DNA of 64,000 nt from an uncultured Chloroflexia bacterium (GTDB lineage: Bacteria > Chloroflexota > Limnocylindria > Limnocylindrales > CSP1-4). The DNA lies in assembly GCA_963707215.1 (NCBI GenBank), contig CAVPPB010000001.1, forward strand, positions 256,001 to 320,000, read 5' to 3'. Both the position numbers and the translations under genes were made by a program. Positions 59,717 to 64,000 of the stretch are shown in pieces; position 1 is the first letter of the stretch; the number at the start of each line of letters is the position of its first letter. The notes under the pieces were generated by a model. The model saw only the letters and a program-made list of their open reading frames with translations, did no database searches and was not told the origin of the DNA.

Positions 59717-60943
59717 ATGACGCACCGGCCGACGTTCCTGACCGTCCTGGGCATCCCCGCGACCGGGATCGTCGCGATCGTCCTGGCCCTGCTCCTCGCC
59801 ATCCCGATGGCCTCGCCGATCGACGCGCGGGGCAAGCCGCCACGCCCGACGCCGACACCGACACCGGATCCGTCGACCATGGCCGAGGTCTCGGTCTTCG
59901 GGGCCTGGCACTGCTCAGACGACTACTGCACCTGGGCGCGGGTCCGCGACACGAGTCCGGGCGGCGACTTCGACCAGGCGAATCACTGGCTCATCGACCG
60001 CGATCCATCGGCCGCCACCGGCGCGCCGTCGGTCAACCTGGTCGTTCTGTCCTTCGTGAACCCGCTTACGCTGCAGACCAGCGTCACCGTGGAGAACGGG
60101 CAGGTCATCAGCGACCCGCTGGCAGGCATCCCGATCGGCATGACCCAGGGCATCGTCGACTACTTCAGCTCGCACGGGATCCGCGTGATGCTCTCGATCG
60201 GCGGCATCACCTACGTTGACGACTGGAACGCGGCGCTGGCCATGGGCGGGCATGACCTCGGCCTGAAGGCAGCCGCGGTCGCGAGCGAGCTCGGCGTCGG
60301 CATCGAGATCGACTACGAGGAGAACACCGACCCGGACCTCGCCGAACTCGAGCAGTTCATCACGGCCTATCGGTCGGTCCATCCGTACGACCCGGCGGAT
60401 CCGTCCCCGGAGCGGCGCCTGACCATCGACGTCGCTGCCGGCGACCGCTGGCTCATCGCCCTCAACAGGAAGGCGACGGCTGACTGGCTGCGGTCCGCCG
60501 ACCACCCCGCCGGCCAGGACCCGGAGATCGCCCTGGATTGGGCCAACGCGATGGTCCCGGCCCGCCAGCCGAGCATCGACAAGGCGATCGCCAACTGGCA
60601 GGAACACATCGACGGCAAGCCGCAGTACGCGCCGCCCGTTCCGCCACTCGCCCCGGCCAAGTTCACCGGCGGCCTCTACGTCGCCGAGGGGAGCCGCGTC
60701 CGACCTGAGTGCGCCGACTTCGCGGCCTCGTTGCAGGCGGCGACGGAGTCGTACGTCCGCACGGTCCAGCCGAACGGGGCCGGCACCTCATCCGGGATGC
60801 TCGGCTGGATGTTCTGGGCCGCCGAGAAGCCATCGACTCGCGGCGTAGGTACGCAGCCGCCCAACACCTGCGAGGGCGGGATGGGCGTCGCGGCGACCGA
60901 GCTCGACATCCCGATCCCGGTGCCGACCCTCCGACCAGAGTAG
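59717..60943 (+). CDS. Secreted GH18-like TIM-barrel protein
   Basis: Signal peptide, PT linker, VVLSF, VMLSIGG, GIEIDYEE, GWMFW. Confidence 0.65.
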   Translation: MTHRPTFLTVLGIPATGIVAIVLALLLAIPMASPIDARGKPPRPTPTPTPDPSTMAEVSVFGAWHCSDDYCTWARVRDTSPGGDFDQANHWLIDRDPSAATGAPSVNLVVLSFVNPLTLQTSVTVENGQVISDPLAGIPIGMTQGIVDYFSSHGIRVMLSIGGITYVDDWNAALAMGGHDLGLKAAAVASELGVGIEIDYEENTDPDLAELEQFITAYRSVHPYDPADPSPERRLTIDVAAGDRWLIALNRKATADWLRSADHPAGQDPEIALDWANAMVPARQPSIDKAIANWQEHIDGKPQYAPPVPPLAPAKFTGGLYVAEGSRVRPECADFAASLQAATESYVRTVQPNGAGTSSGMLGWMFWAAEKPSTRGVGTQPPNTCEGGMGVAATELDIPIPVPTLRPE

Positions 60944-61070
60944 GGTCCGCCGGCTCCCCGGAACCGGCGGCCCGTTCCCGGCCGGTTCGCGGCATGGTTG
61001 CGCGCTCCGCGTCCGATGCCGCATCGTTCGAACCAACCATCGCCGCGCCCACGACCCCGGAGGACTCGCC

Positions 61071-61790
61071 ATCATCAGGTCCGTTCGTTCCCTCAGCGGC
61101 CTCGCCGGTCTCGTCCTGTCCGCCGGCCTGGTCGTCGCCGCCTGCGGTGGCTCGACGGCCACCACGCCCGAGCCGTCACGGGCACCGGACCTCCAGCCCT
61201 GCCCGCCGGGTGGCGGCACCTGCGTCGGACCGCTCGTCCCCGGCGCCCACGTCTCGCGGTCCTTCGTGCCCGAGTTCGCCTACGAGGTCCCGTCCGGCTG
61301 GCGCAACGACACCGACCTGCCCGGCAACTACCTCCTCCGGCCGGTCGACTTCGAGGCTGGCGGCGTCTACCTCTTCCGCGACATCGCCATCGCCTCGCAG
61401 GACCCGAGCTGCCCTCGCGTGGCTGCGCCCGAGCTGGGCACCTCCGCTCGGGAGATCGTCGACTGGATCGACGGCGCCCCGGGGCTCCAGGCGGGCCGCC
61501 CCGAGGCCGTCGAGATCGGCGGCCTCGGGGGCTGGCGGGTGGAGATCTCGTTGGCGGCAGACTGGACGTTCGCCTGCCCGTTCGCCGAGGGTGTCCCCAG
61601 CCACCCGCTGTTCGTCACCGAGGACGGCATCTACTGGGCGGTGGCCGGGAGCGAGCAGCTGCAGCTGACGATCGCCGACCTGCCCGAGGGCGGCACGGTG
61701 GCGGTCGACGTCGACGCCTTCTTCGGACCCGACTACCCGGCGCTGCGCCAGGCCGCCGATCCGGTCGTCCGCTCGATCGAGTTCCGCTAG
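61071..61790 (+). CDS. Lipoprotein with apparent ATC start
   Basis: GGAGGA-6nt-ATC is in frame with ORF 61266-61790 and adds a signal peptide with a VAAC lipobox. Confidence 0.7.
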   Translation: MIRSVRSLSGLAGLVLSAGLVVAACGGSTATTPEPSRAPDLQPCPPGGGTCVGPLVPGAHVSRSFVPEFAYEVPSGWRNDTDLPGNYLLRPVDFEAGGVYLFRDIAIASQDPSCPRVAAPELGTSAREIVDWIDGAPGLQAGRPEAVEIGGLGGWRVEISLAADWTFACPFAEGVPSHPLFVTEDGIYWAVAGSEQLQLTIADLPEGGTVAVDVDAFFGPDYPALRQAADPVVRSIEFR

Positions 61791-61791
61791 C

Positions 61792-62688
61792 TCATCCGCC
61801 CGGCGCGGGACAGCCGGACTCGCCAGGCAGCAGCGGGCGGACCAGGAGCGAATAGCGCTCGTCGTCGCGCTCCCAGACCGTCAGCGCGTTGGCCGACTCG
61901 AGGATCGGGCGAAGCGCCTCGTACGCCTCGCCCTCGACGAGGATGCAGCGGAAGGCGCCGTCGTAGCCGACCGGTTCGCCCTCCTCGGGCTCGATCGAAG
62001 GCGGCAACGGCAGGACCTGCGAGGCGAGGTTCGGGTCCGGGTCGCCGACCTGGTCGGTCACGAACAGGCGGGCCCGCTCGGCGATGAGCGGCTCGGAGGG
62101 GTCGACCGGATGACCCAGCAGCGCCTCGAGATCACCGAGCTGTCGCTGTAGCGTGCTGAGCCGCTCGCGTGCCGCCTTCGTCCCGTCGTCGAGCGCGGGG
62201 TCCGCGAACGGATCGTCGAAGAGCGCATAGGCCGAGATCCGGTGGACCTCCCCGTCGAGCGCGAGCGTGAAGACCGTCGTCGCAGCATCGGCGATGTTCG
62301 TCAGGTCGTAGCTCGCATCGGGGCCGTCGAGCCCGGCCTCGCGGGCCGCCCCGACGATCACCTCCACGTCAGCGGCGGTCACGACCTGCAGCTGGAGGTT
62401 CGGCATGAGCGGTCCCGGGTAGATCTCCGGGATCGGCCCCTGGGTCACGATGCGCCCATCCGCAAGGAGCGTGAACACCGGCAGCTCGGTCTGGACGGTG
62501 CCGACCGGGAGGAAGCCGCCTGTGACCTCCACCCGAAGGATCACTGCGTCGGGATCGGGCGGACTCGGCTCAGAGGTCGGGTCCGTCGCACCACCGGGGG
62601 CGACACACGCCGCCAGGGCGACGGAAGCCGCCAGGGCGATCACGAGGGCGGTCGGCGAGGTCGAGGGACGAGGGATCGATCGGTCCAT
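61792..62688 (-). CDS. Lipoprotein of unknown function
   Basis: GGAG RBS, LAAC lipobox, GGF, ADGRIVT, RPLLPGESGC. Confidence 0.8.
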   Translation of the reverse strand: MDRSIPRPSTSPTALVIALAASVALAACVAPGGATDPTSEPSPPDPDAVILRVEVTGGFLPVGTVQTELPVFTLLADGRIVTQGPIPEIYPGPLMPNLQLQVVTAADVEVIVGAAREAGLDGPDASYDLTNIADAATTVFTLALDGEVHRISAYALFDDPFADPALDDGTKAARERLSTLQRQLGDLEALLGHPVDPSEPLIAERARLFVTDQVGDPDPNLASQVLPLPPSIEPEEGEPVGYDGAFRCILVEGEAYEALRPILESANALTVWERDDERYSLLVRPLLPGESGCPAPGG

Positions 62689-62720
62689 CGGGATCTCCGG
62701 AGCGGGATCGCGGTCCCCGG

Positions 62721-62948
62721 TCAGACGCCCGAGTCCGGAGCCAGGTTCCGTCCGACCGCCGGGCGGTGGCTGCGATGGCGTCGCCGCAGCCGCCGGAGCG
62801 CCCCGGTGTCGGCCTTCCCGCGCAGGACCTGGCGCCGCGCTTCGGGCAGGAGGGTCCGCTCGCATCGAGGGCAGCCATCCGCCAGCCGTCGGGCCAGCAG
62901 GCTGGCCTCGGCGTCGCGTTCGAGGGTCTCGAAGAACCCGGGCATCAT
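62721..62948 (-). CDS. Possible small basic protein with CxxC
   Basis: GGGAGG upstream; MMPGFFETLERDAEASLLARRLADGCPRC...; weak support. Confidence 0.3.
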   Translation of the reverse strand: MMPGFFETLERDAEASLLARRLADGCPRCERTLLPEARRQVLRGKADTGALRRLRRRHRSHRPAVGRNLAPDSGV

Positions 62949-63063
62949 CCGCCCCTCCCATGGGCGCTCGTGATCCGTGGCGGAGCGTGGCGGGCGGCGA
63001 CGGACGCCGCCATCCCCCGAAGGGGCCAGTAAGGCACTGGGAGGGGCCGGGGTACGAGGACCC

Positions 63064-63366
63064 TCAGGCTCCGAAGAAGGTCCCGTCCATCCAGTCCGGG
63101 TCGTCTTCGAGGAGCTCACGCAGCTGACGGTATTCCGCGTCCTGCTCCGGGCTCTCCGCGTTGGCCACGTAGCTCTCGCGGTCGTCGAAGATGGCGACCA
63201 GGAAGAGGGTCGGCCGATCGTAGGGCTCCTGGTCGGGCTGGAAGAGGTAGCTGGCCCGGAACCCGGCCGGCATGCGTTCGACAGCGTCGCTCCAGCGACC
63301 GGAGAGGGTGATCAGCTCGTCGATCCGGTCGGGCCTGGGATGGATCCGTGCGATCGTTCCGTACAT
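63064..63366 (-). CDS. ABM-like dimeric alpha/beta-barrel protein
   Basis: AAGGAGG RBS; MYGTIAR...AIFDDRESYVANAESPEQDAEY...PDWMDG. Confidence 0.78.
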   Translation of the reverse strand: MYGTIARIHPRPDRIDELITLSGRWSDAVERMPAGFRASYLFQPDQEPYDRPTLFLVAIFDDRESYVANAESPEQDAEYRQLRELLEDDPDWMDGTFFGA

Positions 63367-63426
63367 GGGACGCACCTCCTTGGGGGCCATCCTCGCACGG
63401 CATGCAAGCCATCCCGGGGCGAGCGA

Positions 63427-64000
63427 TCAGGCCTCGGTGGGGACCACCTCGCCGACAGGAGCGAGCGTCCCGCCCGGGCCCACCTGCCAGATCCCCGTCT
63501 GCGATGACCAGTTGGGGCTCGTCTGGGTCCGGCGGGCGGCGATCAAGCGCGCCAGGCCCGAGGCAGCGTACGTCGGTGCGAAGGCGAGATAGCCCAACGG
63601 GCCCGCGACGGCCAGCACGGCGGCGGTCGCCAGCTGGCCGCCGGTCGATGCCAACGCGACCTGGGCGACATAGCGGCCCTGCAGCGCGACGACCGGGCGG
63701 CCGATGAGGAGGCGGAACAGCCGCTCGTTCTGGGCCAGCGTGCCGGTCGCCGAGCCGGCCCAGTGCACGGCCACCGCGATGGCGACCAGGGCGGGGGCGA
63801 TCGGGTTGCCCGGGAAGGCCGCGATGAAGAGCAGGGCGGCCAGGCCGCGGGCGACGAACGACCCGCGGAGGATCCGCGAGGAGGAGGCCCGGGTAAGGAC
63901 CGTCCCCACGACGACCGCGGCCAGCAGCGACGCGGCCGACCCGATGGCCGACAGGGCGATGGCGAAGCCGGCGGTCAGGCCGAGGACGCTCATCACGTAG
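63427..64000 (-). CDS. MFS-like membrane protein, C-terminal part (5' end outside window)
   Basis: Six hydrophobic helices; frame open to the window edge. Confidence 0.65.
   Translation of the reverse strand, partial: YVMSVLGLTAGFAIALSAIGSAASLLAAVVVGTVLTRASSSRILRGSFVARGLAALLFIAAFPGNPIAPALVAIAVAVHWAGSATGTLAQNERLFRLLIGRPVVALQGRYVAQVALASTGGQLATAAVLAVAGPLGYLAFAPTYAASGLARLIAARRTQTSPNWSSQTGIWQVGPGGTLAPVGEVVPTEA

Overview
A very GC-rich bacterial chromosomal window. Four F420/flavin-type enzymes, an RpoD with a long non-conserved insert and apparently leaderless genes point to a high-GC Chloroflexota or Actinomycetota-like lineage (inference). Layout: (i) 0.8-3.4 kb holds four small co-oriented accessory ORFs, each followed by a copy of a hairpin-forming intergenic repeat, ending at the 3' end of tRNA-Asn(GTT). 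(ii) 3.5-24.4 kb is mostly housekeeping: a frameshifted sulfurtransferase, xfp-ackA-ktrB-ktrA, dnaG-rpoD, a tandem MarR, an M28 aminopeptidase, an ABC-2 exporter, a HAD hydrolase and an HMA/DsbD-like/cupredoxin protein. (iii) 24.7-52.5 kb is a catabolic island of about 28 kb, tied together by five identical TCGATAATCGAT operators and two paralogous GntR/FCD regulators. It encodes a split, non-canonical PPDK/PEP-synthase-like phosphotransfer module, an HPr-kinase-like P-loop protein, a three-subunit Mo hydroxylase, two metallo-hydrolases, NAD/NADP-type dehydrogenase pairs, transaldolase, split transketolase, MMSDH and a fused E1 plus E2, but no canonical sugar kinase, transporter or E3. (iv) 52.5-64 kb carries an F420 reductase, an ADP-forming acyl-CoA ligase, citrate synthase, small conserved genes, a GH18-like secreted protein and lipoproteins. 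The best candidates for undescribed systems are the island (iii) and the repeat-punctuated array (i). No CRISPR array, transposase or integrase was seen. All family assignments come from motif recognition by eye; no database searches were run.
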